NCBI GenBank assembly: GCA_036339465.1
Contig: JAYZAY010000078.1
Location: 1-64,000 of the forward strand
Direction: 5' to 3'
Origin: Myxococcota bacterium
Lineage (GTDB): Bacteria; Myxococcota; XYA12-FULL-58-9; JABJBS01
Length of the DNA: 64,000 nt
The position numbers were made by a program, and so were the translations under genes. This document shows positions 1 to 9,919 of the stretch, one piece after another. Below the pieces are notes generated by a model. It had not been told where the DNA came from. It searched no databases and was given only the letters and a program-made list of their open reading frames with translations. Within the stretch, counting starts at the first letter, position 1; each line of letters starts with the position of its first letter.

Positions 1-3000
1 CGACAAAACTTCGGACCATTCACACATTCATAACCGGTTTCGCAGCTATTCGAAGTACCGCAGGGTTTCATCTCGTAATAACTTTCGCCATCGGGAATGC
101 AATAACCTGATGTCTCATCATGGAAATCACACTTAAATCCCGCACCACAAACATCATCACTGCTACAGGGTTTCAAACAGTGGGAAGGTTCTTCAATACA
201 AGACTCGTTGTCATCACAAACACTGGCATTCTCTGTGCAATCCATGGAGCCATCACCGTGGGAGCCACCCCAACAATCCCAATCGCAATGGCAGTTTCCA
301 CCATCATCATTCACATCACACTTGTCCAAGTTGAGATCACAATCACAAGGGCAAGGCTTGTCAAATGGCACACATTCCTCCCCGCAGGGCCTCTCTCCCA
401 CCGGGCAAGCTGCATCGGTATTTTCCCCGGGAGCCGGAAAACAATAATCCCCGCCCCCGTCATATCCTGGCTCGCATCTTTCGTTAGGCCCACATTGGGA
501 AATATTCCCTGCCCCAAAATAGCATTCCTCACGACAAACACTCCGCCCGAGACATATTTCACCCGCACCGCAGCTGAATGAATCCTCAGGTCCACCACAT
601 GGCGTGAATTTTACTTGCGGTGGGTTTTCCGGATCCGGTTCAGCCACACACACACCAAACTCCACAGGGTTGGGGCGATCACAATGTGGCGTTTCAGAAT
701 CACTTCCACAATCATTATCGGAATAGCAGGTCCTCACACAAAAGTGGGGCTCCGGTACGCAATTCTCAAATTCACCACAGGCAAACTCGTCGTAGGTACA
801 ATCCGTGACTCCTACGTGAAAACCATCCTCATCCCCAAAATCGGTCGAACTATCAAAATCAGAACAACGGTCCTCTACCTCCCATTGCGGTAGCAAATCC
901 TCCCAACATGGGCAACCGGACACTCGTCCGAATTGATTCACGACGCTCAATTTAAATTCGTAAGCGCTGAATTTCCCATCGACGACGCACATATCCTGTG
1001 CTGCATAAAAATCCCGAAGGTTGGCATCATCTTCACACATTTCCGCGGGAATAATAGGGTCCTCGTCTTCACAGAACTTACCCACCACCTTCTGGAAATC
1101 TTCAAAGCCCATGATGGTCGTATCATCTACATCCTGTCCAAGATATTCCTTGAGCTTCTCTTTATAAGAGAGCCACGAGCTCTCACAGGTGCTCTTGCAG
1201 ATTTGGGCACAATCATCATCACAACCGCAATACCGGCCATCCTCGTCCTGGGTGCAGATATCAGCGTCACATTCACATGTTCCTGCTTCACTCGACAAAG
1301 GTCCGTCTTCGGGCTCGGTGGTGGGATCTTCGCATCCCTCGTCCACTTTGCCATCACAATCATTGTCGAGTTCATCGCAAGAGGTTTCATCAACTTCATA
1401 ACCCTGGATCCCCGAAAAATCCGGATCGACCCAAGCCCCGCCAGAACAAATGCGATACTGGCCACGACAAACCCCTTCTCGAAGACTGGCCGATGGTCCC
1501 TCACCCACAATGTCATCTTTCAGCCCATTACAATCATTGTCTAGACCATCGCAGCTACGCTCTTGCTTTTCATACAATTCAATATTGGCCTTATCAAAAA
1601 TCAATTCGCCATCAGAGGAACAAATCTGTGCCGCATTTTCACACACCCCATCAAGCCCCGCCACCGTGGGAGCTGTCAGGCCCTCGTCCACCTGGCCATC
1701 ACAATCATTGTCTCGACAATCAAAGGATGTCTCCGTTGTCTCTTCCGGTTCAAATAGAGATCCCTCATTGGGACATTGGTCGCCCGCTTCTAGGGCGTAG
1801 TTTGGCGGAATATTTTTTAGGGTACACACTTGAACCGGAGTCCCTGCTCCTTTCCCGTCCATGTCCACGTCGGGGTAGAGATCCCAAAACTTGAAGGCCG
1901 TCCGATCTGAGTCATCGCAATCATCCTGGTTGTCTGCCCAGCTGCGATTGCCTTGGCATAAACACTTTGTCGTGCTTGTTGCCGAAGAGTCCCCATAGCC
2001 GTCCCCGTCGTTGTCGGGATAATAATTGACACAATTGGTGGCATCCACCTCATCCACCCAACCATCACAATCGTTATCCGCACCGTCGCAAACTTCAGTC
2101 TCGGCAAGGATCTCATCTTCACCCTCCAGCACCTGCATTTGCCCCTCTTTGCAAACCATCACCCCCTTACGACATTCTCCTTTACCCAAAGTAGAAGCAT
2201 CGCCGGTATAGAAGAACTTCTGGATATCCTCGTCCACTTCACCATCACAATCGTTGTCGACACCATCACAAACCTCCACCGAAGCGTTGGTTTTGGTGCA
2301 TTGATATTCACAACCATCCTCCGCTCGATTATTCAAATCGAGAAACCCAAGAGCACAATCATAGGCACAACCAATCCCATTACTCATCAAGCGACAACTG
2401 GCAACCTGCCCCAAACCTGCCTCACATTTGACACCACAACCTCCACAATTGTTGACATCTTGGGTTCCTCCACCAGAGGCATCATCCACGATTCCATTAC
2501 AGTCGTTATCCACGTCATCACAGATTTCCGCCGACTTCTCTCCAGGCTGAGCCGTACAAATCGCCTTCGAGCCACTCCGGTTACACTCCACCTTACCCAC
2601 GCTCTCACAGGCACCCACCCCGGCATAACAATCTGCGGCTAGTGCATCGCCCTGAAAGGTGTAATCTTCGTCCACCACCCCATTGCAGTTATCATCCCTA
2701 TCGTTGCAACGCTCTAAAGCACCTGGATACACCAATGGGTTGGTGGGGTCACAGTCCTCTCCCTCTTGGACATTGTCAGGGTCTACGGGGTCAAAATAGC
2801 CGTCCCTGTCCGTGTCGCAGGTCGTGACATCGGCCCCGGAGCAGTCCTGGTCAATGCCGTCACCACACACTTCTTTGGCTCCTGGATAAATCCCTTTATC
2901 GGAATCATCACAGTCAATATCATCTGCATATCCGTCACCGTCCTCATCTTTGGTACTCACCACCTCAATAATTTGAACATTGATATACGCCGGCTCCGAC

Positions 3001-5690
3001 TCTTCTCCATTCTCGTCTTGAGCCACCACCTTGATGGCAATTCGCCCCTGCCCAAAAACCCTGAGCATCTTGTAGATTTTCGTATCATCACCTGAAGCAT
3101 CTGATAGAGTAGGATCATTAAGAATCGCCTTAAAGCTATCGTCGCTACCGGTCCCCAAGGAATAAGAACTGATAATTTCCCAGAACACCGAGACCGCATC
3201 ATCATCATAGTCGTCCACATAGGCCGTCATTTGTAGATTCACTGCGGTACCGGATAGTTCATTGATAATGGTTTTCGTTAGCGGCGTTACCTTTAGGCTA
3301 GGGGGAGTATTTACGGGGGGCTCAATCACCGAAATAACCATTTGGTTGATGTCCCCAAGGTCGGCTCCATCATCGGCATAGCAACCAATGACATAATCGC
3401 CGGCCTCCTCAAACTTAACGCGGGTCGAAATAGCATCAGAGTCATCAAAGACAGCGCCATAAGGCACCTGCCAGTAGTGCTTGACCTCGTCATCACTGTT
3501 ATCTTCGTCAGCAATACTCGCCTTAATACCCAAGTCATCACCCAAGTAAACTTCTGACTGCTCCACACTGATGCGACAAGTCGGTTTTGCATTGTTCGCC
3601 ACGGGCTCATCTACCACAAGGTCAAAAGACGTCACCGCCTCACCACTGGCATTACTCACCTTGGCTTCGACCTTAAATTGCCCCGAAGAGCCTCCACTTA
3701 CCATAGCCAACACCCCATTGGCTTCAAGGGTCACCGACGAATCGTTCGCAGTCCAGGTTACTGATTGGAGATCTCCGGTACTATCTTTGGCTTTAACAAT
3801 AAATTGCTGGGCACTTCCTCCCTTGAGCATTCGCCTGGTCATATTACCAACCCGCTCAATCACAGGCGGAGGATCACCCTCGGGCGTGCCATCAAAATCA
3901 TTGGCCACATTGTCACAATCTTTATCCGATGCATCCGTCTCTAGGTCGGCAGCAACAAACTGAACCTTGCCACTATCGAAAGCATCCCCTCCCTTAGGAG
4001 CTGCGTCATCGGTTTGGTCTGACACCAAATAAGCTGTGGCCTTTAAACCAATCTCACACGTTTTTGAAGTTCCTCCAGTCGTATCAAGGCAAGATTGCGA
4101 ACTCATCGCATCTCCGAAAATCCCCCGAACCGGTTCCAGCACCGATATGCTGGCTAAATCTGAACTATCTGCGGTTAACCCTTCGTTTTTGTAAATGGGC
4201 TGGCCCTCTAGGGTCGCGATAACTGCGTCGTATTTATCATTGACCTTCTTGACACTGAGAACAACACCATAGTCTCTCGAATCTCCAAAGCCCGCTTGAA
4301 CGACGAGTTTGAATTTGGTCCCGTCTTTAATGGCGCTAAACACTGTTTGGTTTCCGCTTTTACCCACCACTCGATTCAAGGGGAGAGAAAGCAAACTGTT
4401 TTTAGCCCGAACATCGAGAACCACACCACCATTACACTTCGCGCCACCTTTTCTCACTTCGAGATCAAAGAAATCTTCATCTTGTGTCACCGTTATCAAT
4501 GAAAAGTGACTGGTCTCTACCGAAGCCAAACCGGTTTTCGAATCAAAGCCAGTCAGCTCCAATTCCTCCCATGCCCCATTTTGACCCATGGTCCAAGCAC
4601 TTAAACTTCCTCCTGCCAAAACAGCTCCTTGGGCGGAGGAATCCACGGGAATTTGGACCTCCACGGGCTCAGAAAAAACCGTACCACTGGGACCAAAATC
4701 CACCACAATGGGAGTCTCATCACCAGCAGCAGGTAGAGACGGCGCTGTTTGGACTTCGCCAATTGAAATGGCAATACTGCCCCCTGCATCTGCCCCATGA
4801 ATATCAATGGCTTCGTCGTCGGTGTCACTCCCGTGGATATCAATGGCTTCGTCGTCGGTATCACTCCCATGGATATCGATACCGTGAATATCGATCTGTA
4901 AAGCCCCTCCGGGAATCACAACCCCCGCTCCGTTAATACTCGATAGGGGCGAATCAACGGTTACCGCAGCCGAAATCTCGGCGCTGATTTCAACCGCTTG
5001 TTCCACGGCTTTTTCCACTTGCGTCACCAAAACCGAAAACGACTGCACAACTTCTTGACCACCCAAAATAGCCGTCACCGCAAACTGATGTTCTTGTCCC
5101 GCATCTTCTGCCTTTGGAGTCCAGCTAATCACCCCATTCTCATTCACACACCCATCATTGGTCACGCAATCAGCGCCCCACTCTTGCCCAGAATCGTTCT
5201 CTGTGAGCTTGATCTCTGGGTTGCCTGGAATATTCACAATAGGACGATAGATCCAGGGTTCATCAACCGCTACAGCGAGATTCGCCACAGACTCAAACGT
5301 TAGAGTCTCTACAGGTAAACTTGAATCGGAGCCCGCCTCCGTATCGGTGGAGGTGTCGGTGGAGGTGTCGGTGGAGGTGTCGGTGGAGGTGTCGGTGGAG
5401 GTGTCGGTGGAGGTATCGCTATCAGTCGAAGTTCCAACATCCGTAGAAGTGTTGGTGTCTGTAGAAGTACCCGTATCTACCTCCGTCACCGTCTCTGAGG
5501 CTGTGGTCGTAGCGGTGCTCGTCGTACCGCCTGTGGACGTGCTCGTATCACTCCCAACAACCTCGCCTCCAGTATCCGTATTGGTGCCCCCTCCGGTATC
5601 CGCTCCCCCACATCCCGAAAGAACAAGAAAGAGAGAAAGAAGCGAGGAAAAAACAAAACGAGGACAAATTCTTAAGACAAGACTGTTCAT
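1..5690 (-). CDS. Giant Cys/Asp-rich surface lipoprotein, 3' end outside the window (>1896 aa)
   Basis: ATG at 5690-5688. The frame has no stop before the left edge, so the ORF track omits it; many + strand ORFs (120, 615, 933, 1563, 2139, 2766, 3342, 4296, 4998) are its antisense shadows. Signal peptide with lipobox LSGC, T/D/S linker, ZU5-like VDFGPSGTVFSEPVEVQIP, Ig/PKD-like stretches, many EVCDGVDNDCDGEVDE-type (MopE-like) repeats, and small Cys-rich modules. Confidence 0.9.
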   Translation of the reverse strand, partial: MNSLVLRICPRFVFSSLLSLFLVLSGCGGADTGGGTNTDTGGEVVGSDTSTSTGGTTSTATTTASETVTEVDTGTSTDTNTSTDVGTSTDSDTSTDTSTDTSTDTSTDTSTDTSTDTEAGSDSSLPVETLTFESVANLAVAVDEPWIYRPIVNIPGNPEIKLTENDSGQEWGADCVTNDGCVNENGVISWTPKAEDAGQEHQFAVTAILGGQEVVQSFSVLVTQVEKAVEQAVEISAEISAAVTVDSPLSSINGAGVVIPGGALQIDIHGIDIHGSDTDDEAIDIHGSDTDDEAIDIHGADAGGSIAISIGEVQTAPSLPAAGDETPIVVDFGPSGTVFSEPVEVQIPVDSSAQGAVLAGGSLSAWTMGQNGAWEELELTGFDSKTGLASVETSHFSLITVTQDEDFFDLEVRKGGAKCNGGVVLDVRAKNSLLSLPLNRVVGKSGNQTVFSAIKDGTKFKLVVQAGFGDSRDYGVVLSVKKVNDKYDAVIATLEGQPIYKNEGLTADSSDLASISVLEPVRGIFGDAMSSQSCLDTTGGTSKTCEIGLKATAYLVSDQTDDAAPKGGDAFDSGKVQFVAADLETDASDKDCDNVANDFDGTPEGDPPPVIERVGNMTRRMLKGGSAQQFIVKAKDSTGDLQSVTWTANDSSVTLEANGVLAMVSGGSSGQFKVEAKVSNASGEAVTSFDLVVDEPVANNAKPTCRISVEQSEVYLGDDLGIKASIADEDNSDDEVKHYWQVPYGAVFDDSDAISTRVKFEEAGDYVIGCYADDGADLGDINQMVISVIEPPVNTPPSLKVTPLTKTIINELSGTAVNLQMTAYVDDYDDDAVSVFWEIISSYSLGTGSDDSFKAILNDPTLSDASGDDTKIYKMLRVFGQGRIAIKVVAQDENGEESEPAYINVQIIEVVSTKDEDGDGYADDIDCDDSDKGIYPGAKEVCGDGIDQDCSGADVTTCDTDRDGYFDPVDPDNVQEGEDCDPTNPLVYPGALERCNDRDDNCNGVVDEDYTFQGDALAADCYAGVGACESVGKVECNRSGSKAICTAQPGEKSAEICDDVDNDCNGIVDDASGGGTQDVNNCGGCGVKCEAGLGQVASCRLMSNGIGCAYDCALGFLDLNNRAEDGCEYQCTKTNASVEVCDGVDNDCDGEVDEDIQKFFYTGDASTLGKGECRKGVMVCKEGQMQVLEGEDEILAETEVCDGADNDCDGWVDEVDATNCVNYYPDNDGDGYGDSSATSTTKCLCQGNRSWADNQDDCDDSDRTAFKFWDLYPDVDMDGKGAGTPVQVCTLKNIPPNYALEAGDQCPNEGSLFEPEETTETSFDCRDNDCDGQVDEGLTAPTVAGLDGVCENAAQICSSDGELIFDKANIELYEKQERSCDGLDNDCNGLKDDIVGEGPSASLREGVCRGQYRICSGGAWVDPDFSGIQGYEVDETSCDELDNDCDGKVDEGCEDPTTEPEDGPLSSEAGTCECDADICTQDEDGRYCGCDDDCAQICKSTCESSWLSYKEKLKEYLGQDVDDTTIMGFEDFQKVVGKFCEDEDPIIPAEMCEDDANLRDFYAAQDMCVVDGKFSAYEFKLSVVNQFGRVSGCPCWEDLLPQWEVEDRCSDFDSSTDFGDEDGFHVGVTDCTYDEFACGEFENCVPEPHFCVRTCYSDNDCGSDSETPHCDRPNPVEFGVCVAEPDPENPPQVKFTPCGGPEDSFSCGAGEICLGRSVCREECYFGAGNISQCGPNERCEPGYDGGGDYCFPAPGENTDAACPVGERPCGEECVPFDKPCPCDCDLNLDKCDVNDDGGNCHCDWDCWGGSHGDGSMDCTENASVCDDNESCIEEPSHCLKPCSSDDVCGAGFKCDFHDETSGYCIPDGESYYEMKPCGTSNSCETGYECVNGPKFC
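4794..4895 (-). repeat. In-frame repeat encoding IDIHG-IDIHG-SDTDDEA-IDIHG-SDTDDEA-IDIHG
   Basis: Near-identical 36-nt duplication plus extra IDIHG units, read directly from the sequence. Confidence 0.9.
5341..5412. repeat. 12-nt tandem repeat GTRTCGGTGGAG x6 (encodes a (STDT)n linker)
   Basis: Six consecutive copies visible. Confidence 0.95.
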
Positions 5691-6165
5691 GATACTGATT
5701 CCCCTACGAAAAAGGCGCGGACTTTTTCGTCCATCTGCCATTTTGGATATCCCAAAATAAAAAACATCAGAGTCCACGCCACTTCTTAAGTACCCAGTTC
5801 ATCAAAAAGGCATCCTTTTGAAAAACAAGTGAGCAACATCTGAAAATCCGGCATTAAAAACCGGATTTAATTACAACATAGAGTAGCCTATCAGGGGGGG
5901 GAGATTCAACGAAGTTTTGTGCATCCGAAATGCAACGTGTGGGGTGATCTCACACACAAAAACAGCAATAAAAAAATGAGGTCCGAATAACAATCTATTC
6001 ATTCTCAAGGGGGGTATCGTGAAATTTTATTTAGAGCGACCACTGGAATCAGTTTTTAGAGAGGCTTAGCCCCTAAGATCATCTCAAAAAATGGGTAAAA
6101 AAAGAAGAGACGCCAATAACCAAGTAAAACGAAATTTTCAGTCAGGACCAACGAAGGATTTGCCC

Positions 6166-6399
6166 CTAAACCTTCTTGGCTGTGGAAGGTTTCTGGACCC
6201 CTGAAAGGGCATGGACACGTTTGGAGGCCAATCTCTTCCCTGTCATCTTCAGTGACTTCTCACGACTTTTTCGTTTTGAGATTACGTCCCTGGCTGTGGT
6301 CGATCCACCGCCGGTAGCTGCCTGATTATTGAGCTGATTTTGCGTGGGCTGCTGATTTAATTTAGGAATAAGAGCCCTTAAAGTAACTGGAAATCTAAT
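6166..6399 (-). CDS. Putative 77-aa basic protein with ATT start
   Basis: Shine-Dalgarno AAAGGAGG (6413-6406) lies 6 nt before ATT. Open to TAG at 6168-6166. Q/N-rich then K/R-rich. Confidence 0.3.
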   Translation of the reverse strand: MRFPVTLRALIPKLNQQPTQNQLNNQAATGGGSTTARDVISKRKSREKSLKMTGKRLASKRVHALSGVQKPSTAKKV

Positions 6400-6817
6400 A
6401 ACGGTCCTCCTTTCAATGTCAAATCAGATGGCTTCACCATCTACTTAGAATATCGTCCCTAGGGCCTCCATGTTGCTTCAAAAACAGGATTCATTTGCCC
6501 TATTCATTGAAGACATTTACACCGTTATTTCAGTAACATAGAGCACACCACGCAAAAAAACGACTCTTTGGTCTCTTAATGAAGCTCCGGTCCTCAACCT
6601 CCGATACTCCCTTTAAGGCCCTAGAGAAGCGCCGTAGATGAGAGTCGCCCGAAATACGCCTTTGTGGGTTAGGTTATTCAACCGATCCTCAAATCCCTCT
6701 AGAATCGGTCTTAAAAGGCGCCTGCGAGTGTGCAATGCCCATCTCCTCAAAAAATTGTTCATAAAGCCCAATATCCACTTGATCCATGGAGCTTTTAACA
6801 TCATCCTGTGGGAAAAG

Positions 6818-7825
6818 ATGTTTCGTTTATTACACCACACCCTCTTTGCTTTCGTTCTCGTAACCTTTGTTTCTGGATGCATCAACGCCCCACCTTTGCC
6901 CCCCCAGTCCCAGACGACCGAATCGTCTGGCAACGTTGATCTGCCCACAAACTCGGAAGAAGCGAGTGACAATCTAGCAACCCATTTTCCAAGCACCGAG
7001 GAAACAGAGGCAAACACCCACGCCACAGAAACCACAGACACAAATACCGACATCACAGAAACCGAGGCTGCAACTTCAGAAACAAATAGCGAGACCACAA
7101 CGCCGGATCCCACAGAAGATGACCCAGCAGAGAGTGAGAACGAACAACCAACAGAACCCAAGAGCAGCGACACTTCAGCCGAACAATCCCCCCCTCCCAC
7201 CGATTCCCCAGAAGAAGAAGAAGAAGAAGAACCCGTGGACACCCATCATCCAGAAGATGGTAGCGAGCAACCCACCCAACAAGCCACCTCCCCTGAAGAC
7301 GAAGAAGCGGTGGAATCCGAAAGTGACCCAACCCCCACCCCACTTGTGAGCTTAGCCTTAATCGACCGAAACACCAGTTCAGATACCTACGAGCAAGATG
7401 TGCAAGCCACCGATTTCCGTTCCAAAATCAGTGCTTGGTACTTCTTTAACGCCGGCTGAAGTTACTGCCGTAGCCAGTTTGGTTACTTGAATAAAATGCA
7501 AGATGAATTCAACAATGAAGGATTGGATATTCGGATTCTCGCGGTGGACTTACCCAATATGGATATCAGCTCTGGAATGCAGACAATCCATCAAAAGGGA
7601 AGCCTGCCTGCACTACAAGATACACCTGAAATTCATTTGGGGGGTGTTTGGAACACCACATTTCGGGATGTCGTCATCGTGGGAAAAAACGGGGAAAGAC
7701 TTCAAATTGAAATCGATGGCACGCTTAAGGACACACTGAATTTAACCCATCATTCCCTAGGACTAAACGAATATTACAATACCCTCAAAGATTTTCTATT
7801 GAATGCCCATGAACATGACGATTAA
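6818..7825 (+). CDS. Selenocysteine-containing thioredoxin-fold (redoxin/AhpC-TlpA-like) lipoprotein, UxxC motif, 335 aa
   Basis: ORFs 6638-7459 and 7487-7825 are in the same frame, separated only by TGA 7457-7459. Read-through gives AWYFFNAG-U-SYC-RSQFGYLNKMQ. Lipobox FVSGC (Cys21), acidic T/E/P linker, C-terminal RDVVIVGKNG strand. Confidence 0.88.
7460..7490 (+). promoter_or_regulatory. Putative bacterial SECIS element
   Basis: GTAGCCA-GTT-TGGTTAC (7470-7486) forms a 7-bp stem with one G-U pair. The loop begins with G after 17 intervening nt from the UGA, matching bacterial SECIS geometry. Confidence 0.75.
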
Positions 7826-7841
7826 CGAGTCACAACGGAGC

Positions 7842-8201
7842 TTATGATTCAAGTCGGTTGTATTTTTTTGCTGAACCATAACTCTTCCCAACTGGATATT
7901 TCTGTCCATTTTTTTCCATCTTCTTCTCGAGAGCTTCCCCCAGATCCACCTTCAACACATCGGCCAAGTGCAACAAAAAGGCAAAAACATCGGCCATCTC
8001 ATCTTTGACTGCCTCCCGATATTCGGATTTTTCAAGTTGATGCTGAATCTCATCATCCCCCAACCACAAAAACAGCTCTTGGAGCTCACTGGCCTCAATA
8101 TTGAGGGCAGTCGCCAAATTCCTTGGCGTATGAAATTGCTCCCAATTACGTTCATTTCTGAATTTCACCACGATGTTTCTCAAATCCTCTAGGGAATACA
8201 C
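7842..8201 (-). CDS. MazG-like nucleotide pyrophosphohydrolase (dCTP pyrophosphatase type)
   Basis: RNWEQFHTPRNLA..EASEL.E.F.W, DEMADV and KN..KYP motifs. Confidence 0.92.
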   Translation of the reverse strand: MYSLEDLRNIVVKFRNERNWEQFHTPRNLATALNIEASELQELFLWLGDDEIQHQLEKSEYREAVKDEMADVFAFLLHLADVLKVDLGEALEKKMEKNGQKYPVGKSYGSAKKYNRLES

Positions 8202-8449
8202 GGTTTACTCCATTTGCTGGTTCGGGAACTTCTCTCGAATCAGCATACCTAGGGTTATAACCTGACCAACCGAAAAAAACTCGGTCGGTACACCAAACAA
8301 CCTCTTCTTTCTCAACGTCTAGAAGCATCCCCCGGCCGTTGTTGGCCTGTGGATTTCCTTCAAACTCAAAAATAGGATTCATATCACAACAGGCCGCAAG
8401 CACCACTCCCAAACTCTCCACGGATATCCCCTTGCCCCTGCCCTCCACT

Positions 8450-8827
8450 CTAATCATCAACCATCAACGATAAGATGTGTTCGACCATCAGCGCCTGAAA
8501 ACTGCTGTGTCCGCCAATGGGCTCTAAAAGAGAAACAGAGAGCTGCGGGAACTGGTCCAAAAAATGGCGAACAATTCTTGGCACATCATCTCGAAGGTGC
8601 CTTCCCGCTGAGAAGAAAAGGGGCAAGATTGAGATGGAGCGCACCCCTTCTTGGTACAATCCCGCAACCACAGAAGACAAGTCAGGTTCGCAATGTTCAA
8701 GATATGCCAGGCGACAGCACATTTCGGAATTCAAAGCGCCGAGTCGCTCCATTAAGGCATCAAATGGTCGACGCCAATGTTCGTCTCTACTTCCATGGGC
8801 CAAAAGTATCATTGCGGACTCAGTCAT
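8450..8827 (-). CDS. cbiX: Sirohydrochlorin chelatase, short CbiX/SirB type
   Basis: LLAHGSRD, AYLEHCEP and PLFFSAGRHLRDDVP motifs. Confidence 0.88.
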   Translation of the reverse strand: MTESAMILLAHGSRDEHWRRPFDALMERLGALNSEMCCRLAYLEHCEPDLSSVVAGLYQEGVRSISILPLFFSAGRHLRDDVPRIVRHFLDQFPQLSVSLLEPIGGHSSFQALMVEHILSLMVDD

Positions 8828-9266
8828 GTCGATATGCCTCCTTGATCAACACTTAGCCCCTCAGCATGAGGCCCTGCCTGCGCCCATCTTTTCGAAGTAT
8901 TGAGCGACAACAGTGGAGAGATGGTCTGGGATATGGCTCGTAGCAATTTGAGCCCGAAGGGTAAACCCATGGTCGTTCATTTGTTTGAAACATGGATTAC
9001 TGGAAACTCGTTCACATTCTTGAACGCTGTATCGATTTAATCAAATTGAAGAAGCAATGTCCTTACGAATGATTCATTATGCAACGGACAAATCCGAAGC
9101 AACATAATGTCGTTGCCCGTCAGAAGACTCACCAATAGCGCCTTAATCCTCGCACCTACTAAAACCTTACATTACAGCAGTTCGGACTGATTTAATTCTC
9201 TTCTAAAAGTTCAGGTGAATGGCCAAAGCCAAAGCCCAAGACACAACACCCAAACCAGCAAGGCTC

Positions 9267-9878
9267 TCATTTTGTCACCAAGTCATCTGGGCAGAGATAC
9301 GTTCCCTCCTCCACGAACGCACCTGGCTCAATTTCCACCCCAGGCGCCATCACCGTTGCGCCCCCGACAAACGCACCTTCACCAATCTTTATTTTTTTAA
9401 TTACCAGTTTGAGAATATCTTCTCTGCTGGGGGAAATAAGGTGACAGGATGCTTTAACGCCATGTTCAAAAACCGCATTGTTGCCAACGTCCATAAAAGC
9501 ACGGTCTTCCAATTCAAAATGTGGTGTCCAAGAAACGTCTCGGCCAATGGAGCTTCCCCAGAGACGAAGCCACACACTAAACAAGCCTGGAACCAAACGT
9601 ATGACCCTTTCTAACGCGGGAAAATAGACAAAGAGGCTTTGAATCATATGCCCCCCATACCAGGGAGAATACTCACCAATGATACTGCTGGTTCCCTCTT
9701 CTATGGGGAAAAATCTATTGTGAATTTTGTACGCAATAACCGGAAACGCGTAGATCCAAAAGAGAAGCCACAAGAGTGAACCAAGCCCGGGCAAACGACA
9801 CAACGTCAGCGCCGAATCAAACACCAAAAGAAAATGTAACAACGGAAAAAATGTAATTAATTTGCCTGCTATCGTCAT
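9267..9878 (-). CDS. Membrane-anchored hexapeptide-repeat acyltransferase-like protein
   Basis: N-terminal TM segments, YSPWYGGH, WLRLWGSSIG and a left-handed beta-helix C-terminus (KIGEGAFVGGATVMAPGVEIEPGA). Alternative GTG start at 9890. Confidence 0.8.
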   Translation of the reverse strand: MTIAGKLITFFPLLHFLLVFDSALTLCRLPGLGSLLWLLFWIYAFPVIAYKIHNRFFPIEEGTSSIIGEYSPWYGGHMIQSLFVYFPALERVIRLVPGLFSVWLRLWGSSIGRDVSWTPHFELEDRAFMDVGNNAVFEHGVKASCHLISPSREDILKLVIKKIKIGEGAFVGGATVMAPGVEIEPGAFVEEGTYLCPDDLVTK

Positions 9879-9919
9879 TCTAATGGCCACACCAATTCAT
9901 GAACTAAACTTAGTTCGGT

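Noticed and set aside
5341..5412. Tandem repeats as a possible CRISPR array
   Set aside because: No spacers, the unit is 12 nt and in-frame coding, and no cas genes are in the window.
120..5760. Numerous + strand ORFs and short - strand ORFs in the ORF track
   Set aside because: Antisense or off-frame shadows of the giant minus-strand gene.
5894..5901. G8 tract upstream of the giant gene as a phase-variable promoter element
   Set aside because: No flanking -35/-10 elements could be placed, and similar homopolymers occur in other gaps.
6430..6800. Faint resemblance of minus-strand frames to shikimate dehydrogenase
   Set aside because: No diagnostic motif is intact; too weak to call.
7457..7459. 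UGA read as Trp or Gly under an alternative genetic code
   Set aside because: Intact genes in the window end at TGA (e.g. 29886, 33176, 34145), and no other long gene needs read-through.
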